A stretch of DNA of 64,000 nucleotides from positions 25,606,001 to 25,670,000 of the forward strand of contig NC_135667.1 in the NCBI RefSeq assembly GCF_964188315.1, written 5' to 3'. Source of the stretch: Podarcis muralis. Taxonomy: Eukaryota. The notes under the pieces were generated by a model. That model had not been told where the DNA came from. It did not search any database and was given only the letters and a program-made list of their open reading frames with translations. This document shows, one piece after another, positions 9,804 through 22,980 of this stretch. A program made the translations under genes and the position numbers. Every line of letters starts with the position of its first letter. The first letter of the stretch is position 1.

Positions 9804-12800
9804 ACATCCAATCTGTGAATAAGGTATAAACATTGAAGCGTCATATACTTTCAGTGTGATGTGAATGTGTTATCAGCTGTATTCAGAGTTTAGTCATTCC
9901 CATTGATAGCCAATATGTGGAGAGTGGACACAGCCCACATCCCAGCCCTGAAATTGCGCATCTTTTTGTCCATTCCATGGATTTTTGTGCTTTCTCGTGC
10001 ATTCATTATGGATCTCTGGATGAGGATATTCCTAAGTGAATATTGTTCCACATCTCAGGAAATATTGGGTCTCAGACAGCATGGAACCATGTCTGCTCTT
10101 AAGCAGTTGGAAACTGAAGGTACAAAAAACTTACCATTGGTGGGGAGAGGCATGGAAAGAAATGGAGGAGATGGAAGGAGACTGCCCCTGCTTACAGACC
10201 CACGGAAAAGTCAAAGAAAACTGTTCATGATCCATCCAGTGGGGTAATTCTTTATTTGAATATTCTGTGCATCTGGCAATTTCAGATTCTTGCAAGCAAC
10301 ATATGGGACAGCTGCATAACAGTGTGAAGAGCTTTCAAACCTGGGGGAATTAACAAGCTGAGCATATATCAGATCAATATAAAGTATTGATGGGCCAAAG
10401 AGCAGTCAGGGTACTCTGGGTGGTGGCTTTATTTCAAATATTAATATTGAACAGTTTGAAGTGACAGGGTGCATAAAAACTCACTCCTTTTTAAAATAAA
10501 ACATTGTCAAGGTTCGTGAGTTTAATTAAAGCTTTACTTGCAGAACTTGCTTCAAAACAACAAAAACATCAAAGATGCATCCAAATATTTCCATAGAATA
10601 TATTGTGCAAGTCCAGCACAGGCTCTTAGAAATAAAATATGAAATACTTCAAACAGATCTAAAATCAGAGGTCTGTCTCTCCTTACAGTCTCCATTTTTC
10701 CTGGAGCTGTATTCACGCACTGGAGGGGTTATTTATACACCCTTACTTCCACAGAACCTGAGATCAAAGATTCAGCCACCACCCTTCCAATTTACAACTC
10801 AATACCTCTCATATGATCTAAGGTTAAAACCACCACAACAGAGCTACCAGAGAACAATAACAATACCGAATTATCAACCCATTTAGGCAGCTTAGAGAGC
10901 TCTTCTTGCTGGCTATACTCCAATGGAATTTTCCAATGTTAAACCTTTCGGCAATACATAGAGCCATTCTTATTCCAGTGTCAATTAATTCATTATACTT
11001 TACAGACCTTGTATGTGCACCCCTGCCTCATCTCTATTTTAACCCTTTGTGTGTTCGGACAAATGCATGGAAACAGCTTTTATCTTCTCATGATGGCTGC
11101 AAACCTATGATAATTACAGTTATGTAAAGGAAGAAGCTTATTCAAGCCAATGGAAGGAGCGTGTCACTGACCTCTCTGTGGCTTTCAATACATTATCCTG
11201 CCTACAGATGTTTTGAGTTAAATGCAAAGGCTCCTGTGTCTCAAATTAATCTTTATTCTTTGTATTTATTTATTTAAGCTTTATTAAAGATTTTCCTGGG
11301 TTACAAAAGTACTGTATTGTCTCTATTTTCAGGTCATAGAGTAATTTCTACAAATCAGTTACATTTGATGTGAGACATTTATGTTGTGTACCGTATAAGG
11401 TTGGGGGAGAAGAGAGGAGGGGAGCTTTATTAAATTTTAAAACACATAAAAAGAAATAGAATCTTATTGCTGTCAAAACAATAGTGTATACATCAAAGAA
11501 ACAAAAGGTGGTAATTACTTAAAACAAAAACCAGTAAATCAAGAGCTCTGCAATGTATACCATATCCCAAACACATCCATTGGGAAGATAAGCTTGTTAT
11601 TCATTTCTCTTGGTATGTCAAAATAAATTACAAAGTTTATACATAAAAATTCAAACTTGCTATTTTAGATACATCGTGTGAGAAAGAAAGGAAGAGTCAG
11701 GAGGATGGAGCTGTAATGCTGGCTTTCCAGCAGTGTTGTTGCTGCCACTTACCAGGAGCAAAAGGGGTGCAAAGAGGTTAGCATGATGCAGGCGCACAGG
11801 TGGGGCCAACCCTGTGCTCACATCACTTCAACCATACCCTGCAGACCTTGTCACCTCACTCTCCACCCTGCTGGTCAGCAGCAGCAGCACCACCGCTGTT
11901 GAAAAGCTAGTGTTGCGCCAACACCTTGTAAATTGACCTAGAAATATTTATCATGATGAGTGCATTATAATTTGAAATAATGAAAATACGAGCGCAGAAT
12001 TTCAATAGGACTATGAGAATTTATCAGGGAGCTTCCAGACTTGGGTCACAAGATTGCAGGTAATGGGATTTTCAAAGCAGATTTGCAAGTTCCCTTCTCA
12101 GAAAGTGTGTCTCAAGAATGTTTAAGGAAGGGTAAAGTATTTATGTAGACTAGAAGGAATTGGAAGATTTTACCACATCTGTAGTATAATGTGTCCTGTG
12201 GTGCTGGCATACAGTGTCTTAAGCCCTATATTGCTGCCTTTTGCTGCAGTTTACTTATAGCAAATCCAACCTCAACATTTTTGGGGGGAAATATTATCAA
12301 TATTGCTGCATAGCATTTGACCAGTTTATGAAAGCCAAAGCTTTACTCAACAACATTCTTAGTGTTTCTTTAACCTCCTTATTCCTCAGACTGTATACAA
12401 TGGGATTAAACATAGGAGTCAGAACAGTATACAACAAGGAAAGTATTTTGTTTAATTCTACTGACTGTGTCCCTATAGAGACTGCATATGTGATACCCAG
12501 AGTCCCATAGAAGGAGCTTACTACAATTAGATGAGAGCTACAAGTGGAAAAGGCTTTCTTCTTTCCAGATGATGATGGAATTTTGAAAATGGTCAGTATG
12601 ATAGAGACGTATGATGTGATGGTTAGAAGAAAAGGAACTAATGACACAGCAAAGCATGCTACAAAGATGGCCACTTCTGCTAGGTGGATATCAGAACAGG
12701 ACAACTTCAACAAGGGTGTCAAGTCACAAAAGAAATGATCAACCTGATTGGGGCCACAAAGTGTTAAAGACGTGGATACAATGATGTTCAGCCCAGCAGC

Positions 12801-13233
12801 TAACAGGAAGCCCCATAACCATGTTCCAGCAGTTAATTTAAGGCAACAATTCCAATTCATTGATTTGGCATAGTGCAGTGGATTACAGATGGCAAGATAA
12901 CGATCATATGACATGAGCAACAGGAGAAAGCATTCAACAGTTCCCAGGGCACAGAAAATGTATAGCTGTATGATGCAGCCTGTCAATGAAATGGTCTTGT
13001 CCTTTCTCAGTAAATCCACCAACATTTTGGGGGTAATGTTTGAGGTATACCAGAGTTCCAAGAATGATAAATTGCCAATAAAGAAATACATGGGAGTGTG
13101 AAGTTTCTTATCAACTGATACAGATATTAAAATAAGAAAATTCCCGACCATTGTTATTCCATAAATTCCTAAAAACAGTGGAAAAACAAAAAACTGAAGT
13201 TCCTGGAGGTCCCCAAATCCATGGAGAATTAAT

Positions 13234-15729
13234 AGATTCATCAAACATTAAATCGAAATGAATATACTTACGGTGCCCCCTGGTATAATTCTCAGTGTAA
13301 ACAAGCAAGACAGCGCCTCCGTGCTATATATAATGTATATAAGACCTCTGATGCAGTTACTCTGCCAGCTAGTTATGCACAAGCCAAGCTAGTTTACAAA
13401 CGCACGCAGAAAATTGCCAAACGTGAGTGGCAACACAATCGATGGCAGGCTTTGATTACTGCTTCAAAATCACACAGATCCAGGGAATTCTGGTCTTTGA
13501 TCAACAGAAGGGTGAGGAAATACCCAAGGGCAGTCATCCCTGCACCGACATGGGAACTGTTCCTGAAGAAATGCTTCTCACAGGCAGATGCTCCCTCCGA
13601 CCACCTGACGCATCTGTTTACCCACCTACCTATTTGGCCCTCCACTGATCCTGACGAAATAGCCAAGCTAATAGCTCAGCTGAAACCGGGTAAAGCCCCA
13701 GGGCCCGATCTGATCCCTGCTGAAGCCATTAAACTACACCCAAAATGGTGGGCTGGCATCTTGGCCAAAACCTTCGATGCAATCAACGCTTCTGGCCTCA
13801 TCCCCAAAATATGGAAGGAGGCCATTATAGTACCAATTCATAAAAAAGGTTCTCCAATGGAGCCGGAAAACTACCGTAACATCAGCCTCCTTTCGATCAT
13901 AGGGAAAATTTATGCCAGCTTTTTGCTGACTAAACTACTGCGATGGGTAGATGAGACTAATCAGATTGGCCACGAACAAGCAGGGTTCAGAATTAAACGC
14001 TCTACAACCGATCATGCGATAGTTCTTTACCATCTGGCACGAAAGTACTCCTCTCCCCCCCGGGGCTACCTCTGCGCTGCCTTCTTAGACCTAAAGGCAG
14101 CCTTTGACAGCGTTCCTAGAAATATTCTATGGGAGAAACTTGCGAAACAGGGCATTGATAGAAGACTCCTATGGCTTATAAGTCAGCTCCACGAAGGTAA
14201 CCTTGCTAGAGTGAGACTTACTCCTGCGGGCGACCTCACTAATTCGATACCAATAAACAAGGGAGTGCGCCAAGGATGTATATTGGCTCCCTGTCTATTC
14301 AACCTATTCATCAGCGACATGCGAGCATCCCTAGTTAACTCATCTCCAAGTACACACGCGCCTAGACTTGCGGACTACCGCTGCCCTCTCCTTTTATATG
14401 CGGACGACGCGGTAATTCTATCTTATACACGTGTTGGACTAACCAGAGCTTTGAAGATCTTTGCCACGTATTGTCAACTCAACCAATTAACCATCAACCA
14501 TGCTAAATCCAAGATCCTGATTTTCTCCAGAAGCCGGAGATTATACGAATGGAAGCTTGGCGGAGCAAAAATTGAGCAAGTCCTAAAATTTCAATACCTA
14601 GGAGTTATTTTTCAACACAATTTGGGGTGGAAAGCTCAAATTCAACACCTACTTAACAAGGCTAAAACTCTGTCATATGCGCTCCTCCGATTCTTTTTTT
14701 CGGATGGAGCTTTGCATGTTCCCTCGGCCCTAAAGGTGTTCAAGGCAAAAGTGGTTGCCGTGCTGGCCTATGCTGCCCCGCTTTGGGCCGTGATGACAGA
14801 CCTTGCTCCTCTTGAGACACTGCAAAATCAATTCCTGCGTCGGCTCCTAATGCTCCCCCTGTGCGTAAGTAACGCAGCCATGCGACTAGAACTGAAGATC
14901 GCATCCTTAGAAACTTGCCTGTGGAAGCAAGTCTTCAATTATTGGTTATCATTGTGGCATAGATTACCAAACCACTACCTTGTCCAATGCTTATGGCGAG
15001 ATGAATTCTCTAGCCTTTGGACTAGTAGAATTCATGCCAAACTCCTGAGTTACGGAATCTCTCCTTCAGATTCCCTAAAACTAGACCAAATTACTGCTCA
15101 AAGACTGATCCGCCAAAGACTGGATGACATCGATCTACAGCGAAACTATATGCTGGGGGGAGGTGTTTGTTCGCCCCAGAACATTGGTATCACATTAACT
15201 TACTGCGTTCCATCATACCTCTCCTCCCTTTCGACTGTTGCCCATAGACTGGCCTTCACCAAAGCGAGGTTCAACGTTTTTCCCTCCAACGTCCTGAGAC
15301 ATAGATTCTCAAAGGGCCAAGCTCCCGCCACGTGCGAATGCGATAAGGAGACGCCGGAGTCGCTCCAGCACATCATGTTCACTTGCCCCCTGTTCAATGT
15401 GCCACGGGCAAATTTGTTGGGATCAATCATACAGAAACTAGAGGGTACCCCACCAAAATTCCACCTTGCCCAAATCTTGCAGGATAAGGATACTCATACG
15501 ACCCTGAAAGTGGCAAGGTTCCTGGTCGCTGTCCTTACCCAAAAGCGACGCCAAGGAGCACTACAAGCTAACTAAGGCGTAGTATGCCATTCTATTTTAT
15601 AGTATTTTAGTGTTATTGTGGTGTTTTAGCGGCTGTTTTTTTTTTTCTTTTCTTCCCACGTACACAAGCTGTTATTTATGTGTTGTTTTTACTTGTATGG
15701 GCCTATGGCCGTAATAAATATTATTGTAT
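13234..15729 (+). mobile_element. Young 5'-truncated non-LTR retrotransposon, RTE-X-like
   Basis: Open frame 13236-15575, then a 3' UTR with aataaa and an (attgt)-type tail. No clear target-site duplication. Confidence 0.9.
13236..15575 (+). CDS. LINE ORF2 fragment (779 aa): linker, reverse transcriptase and C-terminal Cys/His motif; endonuclease lost to truncation
   Basis: PWYNSQC linker, KAPGPD, NYRNISLL, EQAGFR, FLDLKAAFDS, GVRQGCILAP, YADD, CECx7HIMFTC. The frame is open upstream of the ORF-track TTG back to the junction. Confidence 0.9.
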   Translation: MHQTLNRNEYTYGAPWYNSQCKQARQRLRAIYNVYKTSDAVTLPASYAQAKLVYKRTQKIAKREWQHNRWQALITASKSHRSREFWSLINRRVRKYPRAVIPAPTWELFLKKCFSQADAPSDHLTHLFTHLPIWPSTDPDEIAKLIAQLKPGKAPGPDLIPAEAIKLHPKWWAGILAKTFDAINASGLIPKIWKEAIIVPIHKKGSPMEPENYRNISLLSIIGKIYASFLLTKLLRWVDETNQIGHEQAGFRIKRSTTDHAIVLYHLARKYSSPPRGYLCAAFLDLKAAFDSVPRNILWEKLAKQGIDRRLLWLISQLHEGNLARVRLTPAGDLTNSIPINKGVRQGCILAPCLFNLFISDMRASLVNSSPSTHAPRLADYRCPLLLYADDAVILSYTRVGLTRALKIFATYCQLNQLTINHAKSKILIFSRSRRLYEWKLGGAKIEQVLKFQYLGVIFQHNLGWKAQIQHLLNKAKTLSYALLRFFFSDGALHVPSALKVFKAKVVAVLAYAAPLWAVMTDLAPLETLQNQFLRRLLMLPLCVSNAAMRLELKIASLETCLWKQVFNYWLSLWHRLPNHYLVQCLWRDEFSSLWTSRIHAKLLSYGISPSDSLKLDQITAQRLIRQRLDDIDLQRNYMLGGGVCSPQNIGITLTYCVPSYLSSLSTVAHRLAFTKARFNVFPSNVLRHRFSKGQAPATCECDKETPESLQHIMFTCPLFNVPRANLLGSIIQKLEGTPPKFHLAQILQDKDTHTTLKVARFLVAVLTQKRRQGALQAN

Positions 15730-16870
15730 TGTATTATTGTTGTTCTATTTTGCTGCATAAAAATTTCCATCAGGTAATCCTAATTATGGGAGGAAGAAGT
15801 ATTTTAAACAATAATGCAGAAATGTTTAATCACAAAATTATGTGTCAAAGTAGACTGTTCACCATTGTGAAAAATGCAAATATGACAGTCTTGTGGCACC
15901 TCACTCAATACCAAGAAATTTATTATGGAATAAGTTTTTTAAAATCTGTTGGCATTTAAGTGCCAGAAGACTGCCAGTTTTGCTGCAAGGGACTAATACA
16001 GCTACGCTTTTGGAAACAGCCATTTAAAAGATAGTTTGCTGAATTGTTAATCATGGGGTGTGAATTCATTTTTGTGTTTGCTGTTAAGTATTCATTTCCC
16101 CTTGTTTCCTTGTATGAAATGATGTATGAAATTTTGTTATGGGTTGTGACTGAAACAATTGCATTTGAAGTGAAGAGAGTGGATAAGGGATATGTAACAA
16201 ACCTTACCTTTTCTGTCTAGTTTTCTCAACCGGCTTCTGCACATTTGGGCTTTTCTTCTGATGTGTCTCATTCAAATGATTATATCTGGGTATCTTCTGG
16301 ATTTTATTTTTTTTTTGGGGGGGGGGGAGTGAGGGATTCTTAAGTCACACTTTTGTCATATTTGTCCATCTCACTCAAATATGACTCAAGCCATGACTTT
16401 CCATCTCAGAAATGGCTTTTAAGAATCTTCCTTCATACCTTACCTACACTCCTGATATTTGTTCCTGTTGTCTGGGTGGTTTTATCTAAACACCTTTAAT
16501 TCTTTTAGATTCTGTCTAATCTTTTGCACATCTTTTATTCTCTCTTTAAAAAAAAAAAAAAAGCAAGATTCACCAGAGATTATTTCTGTAGAGACAGACA
16601 GAAATATTAATAACAAGGCACTAGAGAATATAGTCTGTAACTAGTTTAATGATGAGGTTTGAGAGCTAATATGAGTAAGGGACAGTGTGCTGAAATTATA
16701 TTTCAGAAACATGGCTATATCAATCATTCCCAGTGTGTGGTGTTAGGTCAATCATTATGTTGCATTCAGTTTCCATTTAAATAAGTGAGGCTTTTCAACC
16801 TAAATATGACTAATTAAGGTGGCAATCCTATAATCCATTACATGGGAGAAGGAAAGAACAAATCTCTCTA

Positions 16871-17112
16871 CAGTGGTACCTCGGGTTACATACGCTTCAG
16901 GTTACATACGCTTCAGGTTGCAGACTCCGCTAACCCAGAAATATTACCTTGGGTTAGGAACTTTGCTTCAGGATGAGAACAGAAATCGAGAACAGAAATC
17001 GCGGCAGCAGAGGGAGGCCCCATTAGCTAAAGTGGTGCTTCAGATTAAGAACACTTTCAGGTTAAGAACGGACCTCCGGAACAAATTAAGTACGTGACCG
17101 GAGGTACCACTG
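16871..17112. mobile_element. 242 bp Tigger-like MITE
   Basis: TA|cagtggtacctcgggttaca ... gaggtaccactg|TA; same family as 7844. Confidence 0.9.
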
Positions 17113-17588
17113 TATTTTTATTTCCTTGTGTGTCTCATCCTTCCAATCTTTGGTACTGTCCACCCTATTCTACAATGACTAATTACCCTCTCCCACTCAT
17201 TTAAATAGCATTAGTATATTATTATCGTGCTCAGATGAGCAGGTATCAAATAAATCCAAACACTAGAAAAAGCCAGCATACCTAAGACGAGGGGCTCAGT
17301 GTGAATGAACATGTCAAGTGATGTCCCAGCTAGAAAAGCAAAAGTGAAGTTGCAGATGACCAGAAACCTGACTGTAGGACATGATGATGGAGTCTTCATC
17401 TTATTCCAGTGTTGTTCCATCATTCAACCTGACATCCCAAAGTCAACTATTTTACCAACCCTACTTTATTAATACTTCATTAACACTTGCGTCACTAGAA
17501 AACTGATTAAAAGCAACATACCACAAAAGTGAGCAGATTGCAGGAATTACATATTTGGATGAATGAATGGAGATATTAACATGCAAAA

Positions 17589-20282
17589 TCAGCCAATCCT
17601 TTTTCCAGTTAACAGGTTCTTTGTGTTGAGATCAGCCCTGAAAACAATGGTGTAACACTTGGGGAAGAAGATGCAAGCCAACAGCCCGGTATTGGAGGCC
17701 AAGATAGCAAAAAGCTCCACAGCCACAATATGTTTTCCCTTGGTGCTCAGATAACCAGGAATAAAGGAGATCCAAACACTGCAAAACACCAGCATGCTGA
17801 AGGTGATAAACTTGGCTTCATTGAAGGTGTCAGGCAAGCTTCTGGCTAAGAAAGCTACAATGAAGCTGAAGAGGGCCAGGAAGCCAATATAGCCCAAGAC
17901 ACAGTAGAACATGGTGATGGAACCTTCATTGCATTCCAGTATGATCTTCCCAGTCTGTGAGTACATGTCAACATCTGGGAATGGTGGAGAGGTCAACAAC
18001 CATGCAATACAAAAACACACTTGTTTGAGGGAGCAGGAAAGAACAATGGAAATAGCCACTTTTTGGCCCAGCCATGTCCTCATCCTATTGCCTGGCTTTG
18101 TGGCCAAGAAGGCCAGGACTACAAGGATTGTTTTTGCCAACACGCAAGAAACTGCCACAGAGAAAATGATACCAAAAGTCATTTGTCGGAGAAGGCAGGA
18201 CACCTTCTCAGGTTTGCCAATGAAGAGCAAACAAGAAAGATAGCACAACAGGATGGCAATGAGAAGAACACAGCTGAGGTTCTGGTTGTTGGCTTTGACA
18301 ATGGGTGTGTTCCAATTCTTTACAAATGTTTGTAACACAAAACAAGTGATCACAGCAAAGGAAAGAGCAACACTAACCAAAACAAAACCCAAGGGCTCTT
18401 GATAAGATAGGAAAGATATAATCTTAGGGATACACTGGTCATGGTTCTCATTTGGATAGTGATCTTCTGGGCACTTGATACAATAAGCTGCATCTGCAAT
18501 ATAATATATATATACAATATATGCACACAATTAGTGTTGGCCAAAATTGTCTCAACACATTTATTTCCCTTTAGTCCATTTATTCCCAGAAATATCTGTT
18601 CTGCCCCCCTGCCCCCGTTTCAATTATTTAGTGATAGCATATCAGTATATTAGTATCAGTAAAAGGAATAATGTTGCCCCTTTAAGGAAAGGTAGTGCCT
18701 TTCCCCAAAGTAGGCTGGGAAATTAAGGCACAGGAGTATTTTATTTTCTATTCGCTCTGCCCAGAGCGGAGAAAACCTCCTGTCCTTTACAACCTAGTTC
18801 AGTTTAGTTCTTGCAAGCCCAGGAAGAGAGGCAAATTCACTTGTTCTTAAAAAAACTCCATTAAAAACTCCATAGAAAACACCATAAAGAACTTCATGGA
18901 GAGTTTCCTAACTTCATTCATTCAAAGCAAAAGAACATCATACACTCGAATGTGAGTAAATATCTCTACGTGTGCCTTGTGAACTTCAGTAAAATGCCTG
19001 CTCTAGAGGTTTGTGGAGTTTTGTTTATAATATCCAGATTGAGAGAAGTCTCAGATGGAACAATGCCTATTTTGAAAGCAATGGCTCTAACCCAGGCTTC
19101 CTCAACCTCAGCCCTCCAGATGTTTTGAGACTACAATGCCCATCATCCCTGATCACTGGTCCTGCTAGCTAGGGATCATGGGAGTTGTAGGCCAAAAACA
19201 TCTGGAGAGCCGAGGTTGAGGCAGTCTGCTCTAACCCCTCAATCCTTTAAAATCATGAATTTCTTGGGGTCTTCCTGATCAGGATTAGGAATACACTATA
19301 CAAGGAGCAGTGTTTAACCCTTTTGTTGCTGTGCTGTGCTCCATACAAAGTATGCTGCAATATGCAACAAATTTCCCTGTGCATATCTTTATATTGCTAC
19401 ATACCCTTCTTGTTAGAAATCATGCTTTCTGAGCACGGAGTGCAGTCATAGCAACAGGCTGGTTTTCCTTCTTGAACTATTTTGCTGTGTCCAGTATGGC
19501 AGCTTTTGACACATGTAGACCGTGGTGGTATCTGTTCATAAAAATATATCATTATCTATCTTTATTATGGTCCAGAGACCCAACAAATCATTACAAAGCA
19601 ATGCACAATTCAGATGGCCTATCTCCAGGTTAAACAGGCATTAAGAAATGCATTCCTGTACTGATTTACCCTGCAGTTCATTGAGAAAGGAAGGAGGTGT
19701 GTCTATCAAAAGGGTAAAAAAGTAAAAGGTAAAGGACCTCTGGACAGTTAAGTCCAGTCAAAAGCGATTATGGGGTGCGGTGCTCATCTCACTTTTCAGG
19801 CTGAGGGGGCTGCTGTTTGTCCACAGACAGCTTTCTGGGCCATGTGGCCAGCATGACTATACCGCTTCTGGTGCAACAGGGCAATATGATGAGTGCCAGA
19901 GTGCTCACAAATGCTGTTTACCTTCCCACTGCAGTGGTACCTATTAATCTACTTGCACTGGTATGTTTTGTGACTACTAGATTGGCAGAAGCTGAGGTCA
20001 CCACCGTTGCACAGATTTGAACCGCTGACCTTCCGATCAGCAAGCCCTAGAGGCTCAGTGGTTTAGACCACAGTGCCACCTGCGTCCCTTCAGGCAAAAG
20101 TGTATGTGACTAATAGCACAGAATCAGATGGATCCCACAGGAACTTAAGTGTGTGACATTTGTTTTCCAGCTCTATGCCTCAAACAATACCAGTTTGGGA
20201 AACTCTGCCCAATTTCCTCCCTGGCTGAGTTGTGACATATGTGAGTCAGGCTTATGAAATAAAGCCTTGCTGTGACAAAGGT

Positions 20283-20346
<64 letters not shown>

Positions 20347-22943
20347 CAGTCAATGACAGCAGGACTTAAGCTATCATAGTCTAGGCTTCTTCTTCTTTTA
20401 CAGTCATGGTACAAACTAAGGAAGTACAGTGTTCCATCAGCTCTGCCCCTAGGAGTCAGTCATGGGTGCTGATTGTCTCCCGGGGTCATCAGAGACTCAA
20501 ATACTGCCAGCACCACTGGCCAGGGTCCAAAACAATTCCCTGCCACCTGCCTTGCATAGAATTCAACATGGTCTGTTGCAGAGAAACACCTTATCTGAAC
20601 TTATCTAGATATAGTGCACCAGTCTATGATCATTCAAGACAAATGATGGACTGAAGGTTTCACATCAGCAATGCAGATAACCAAGAGTAACACCATTCTA
20701 TTAAGATATGGAACATGTCCCTACCTCCTTTAATCTTCTATTCCACACAATGGCATCATTGATAATGCTGAACATTTGACCTGATGAAACTCTTCCAACC
20801 CTGACTTTTTGGTAGGACTGATTGGGGAAAGTGACCCAGTTGATGATATCATATCCAATGCTCAATTCTTTGTTCTCAAACAAGACTTCTTGGGCAGCTC
20901 CATTGTTAAAGTGGATGTTTTCCAGGAAAGGATGGAGCTAGTTTTGGAGACAATGCAATAAATTTTATAAAATGGAACCCATTGTTTCTGCCTGTTCAAT
21001 TCTGCAATGTACAAGCATTTTAAAACTGGACCCAAAGTACAAATTCAGAAGATTTCTATCATTTTACCTCCACAAAAAAGGGGAATAGCAATGTGAATTA
21101 GTTGTGTAACTTGATTGGGAGAAACTACAACAATTATTATCAACTGGAGTGAATCTTCTTACTCTCATCCATTCAGACATCTACAAACTACTGTTAACAT
21201 AAACATGGAAATAATATTTTCCTCAGTTCCCTATCAACTTACAACCTCTCAGTTTGAATTCATTGGTGTCAGTTATTTGGTTTTATTTTATTTATAAAAG
21301 TAAGGTAGTCACCTTGGCCTACAAAAGCAAATCCAAAATTGATAGAAGGGCAGCTAAAATGTCACAAAATAGTTAGCAAATTCCATATTCTCCATTTATT
21401 TTTCATTGCGTTGAGGAGGAAGAAAAATATATTCTACCCCCCCCAATACTTTACTTAACATCTTAAGAGAATTTCCCCACAGCAATTTGCTAAACAGAAA
21501 AAAATAGACACATAACCCTCAGCAGCTTCCGACAACCACACAAGGACATTCCCTGGAGTAGGGAGCCAAAATTGGATGCCATTGTGGATGCCATTGAACC
21601 CAAAAGTATGTCCTCTAATACCCATGGAAACCATTTTGTGACTGGTGGCCAAGACTCATTCTCAAAATTCAAAATATGCCCATTATCCCATGATGTATAG
21701 TCAAATTCCATCCTCAGAGTGATTTATTTACCTTCCATGGGTGAAAATTCACATGTTCCACTTTGCCTTTATCCAACATTATTCTTTGTCTGGAAAAATA
21801 TGCAGCATGCAAAGCATGTGCCACAGCATAGACCGCATTGTAGATACTGTGGCTCTCACCAGACATATCCATCTCAAAAACATTTGAATGAAGATCCTCC
21901 AGATTCTCCACTCCTCTACAGCTTTCACATTGATTTATTAGAAATTGCCAGACTAAACAGAGGAATGTCCTTAGTGTTTTATCAAACTTTACGTTCAGAA
22001 GAAATTCCTGGAATCCTGACACCACATTTGTGTGGACTGAGAAAGAAAAGGCACCAAATAAAATGTCCCTGCCAATCAATTCTCCATTGGGAGAGGTACT
22101 GAAATACCACTGCGGTGGCATGATCCAGACCTTCCCTATTAGGACTTTCTTCTTTAATTCAATGCCTTCTAAGGACAACACTAATATATGGAATAAGAGA
22201 GAGTCCATTGCAAGAATAATCACATTGGCATGAGTTAAAATAAGTGTTTGTGCCATCACTATAATTCTTTTAATGTTATGTTTAAGAGCAAGGTCATTTC
22301 CTGTACCCTTTTGCAAGAAGGCAACACATATGTTGTTCTGGGCAAACAAAGGAGTCAGTTTCTGCACGAAGTTTTCCCCAGCATCATCATCAGATACAAC
22401 CAGGCCAATCCATGTCCATTTGAAATGCCAGAGTAGCTGGATGATCCCCATATGGTACGTAGTTTCCCTTGGTGCCATCCAGTACAAAAAAGGGAAATCA
22501 CTTTTCCCACTTCCTGCAGCCTCAAATGAACCAAAAGTGAGCTAAGAAACAGAGGTATATGATTTTAAAACTCTAAAGAATAATAATAATAATAAATCCA
22601 CTCTGCCATTATAGGAAACTGCACCAAAAGCTAACAATCTGGAGATTATCTCTTATATTTAGAATTTCTTATGCTTCTTGACAAATAGCCGAAGGTATTT
22701 GTTGTAGGGTCCCATAAACATACTAGCTTCTTTATTTTTTTATTGTTCATGTGTAAAACGAATGGGTTTTAGCCATACTCAGAGTAGATCTATTGAAATA
22801 AATGAAATAATGAAAGTCCATTGGTTAAATGGCTCTACTCTAACCAATATAAACATATACCGGTAAATGTAAGAATAATTTTCTTTCTACTCCCCCCCCA
22901 AAAAAATCTGGCTGGGTTGTGCCAGCCACTCTGGGTGGCTTCC

Positions 22944-22980
<37 letters not shown>

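Larger units (their letters stand above)
12297..15770 (-). pseudogene. Olfactory receptor (family 11-like) split by a LINE after codon 14; body 12297-13232, displaced N-terminus 15729-15770
   Basis: Body has all OR motifs and no stops. 15770-15729 reads MEIFMQQNRTTIIQ and joins in frame to LILHGFGDLQEL at 13232, giving a 325 aa OR with an NRT sequon. Confidence 0.85.

Noticed and set aside
17911-18335. Plus-strand ORFs repeated at 31851, 44447 and 55461 ([15 protein letters not shown]...)
   Set aside because: They are antisense shadows of the conserved V2R 7TM exon and recur only because the exon does.
18494-18530. N-terminal extensions in the ORF track for V2R exons and ORs (e.g. [27 protein letters not shown])
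   Set aside because: They are intronic or UTR sequence upstream of AG acceptors, and many begin at TTG or GTG.
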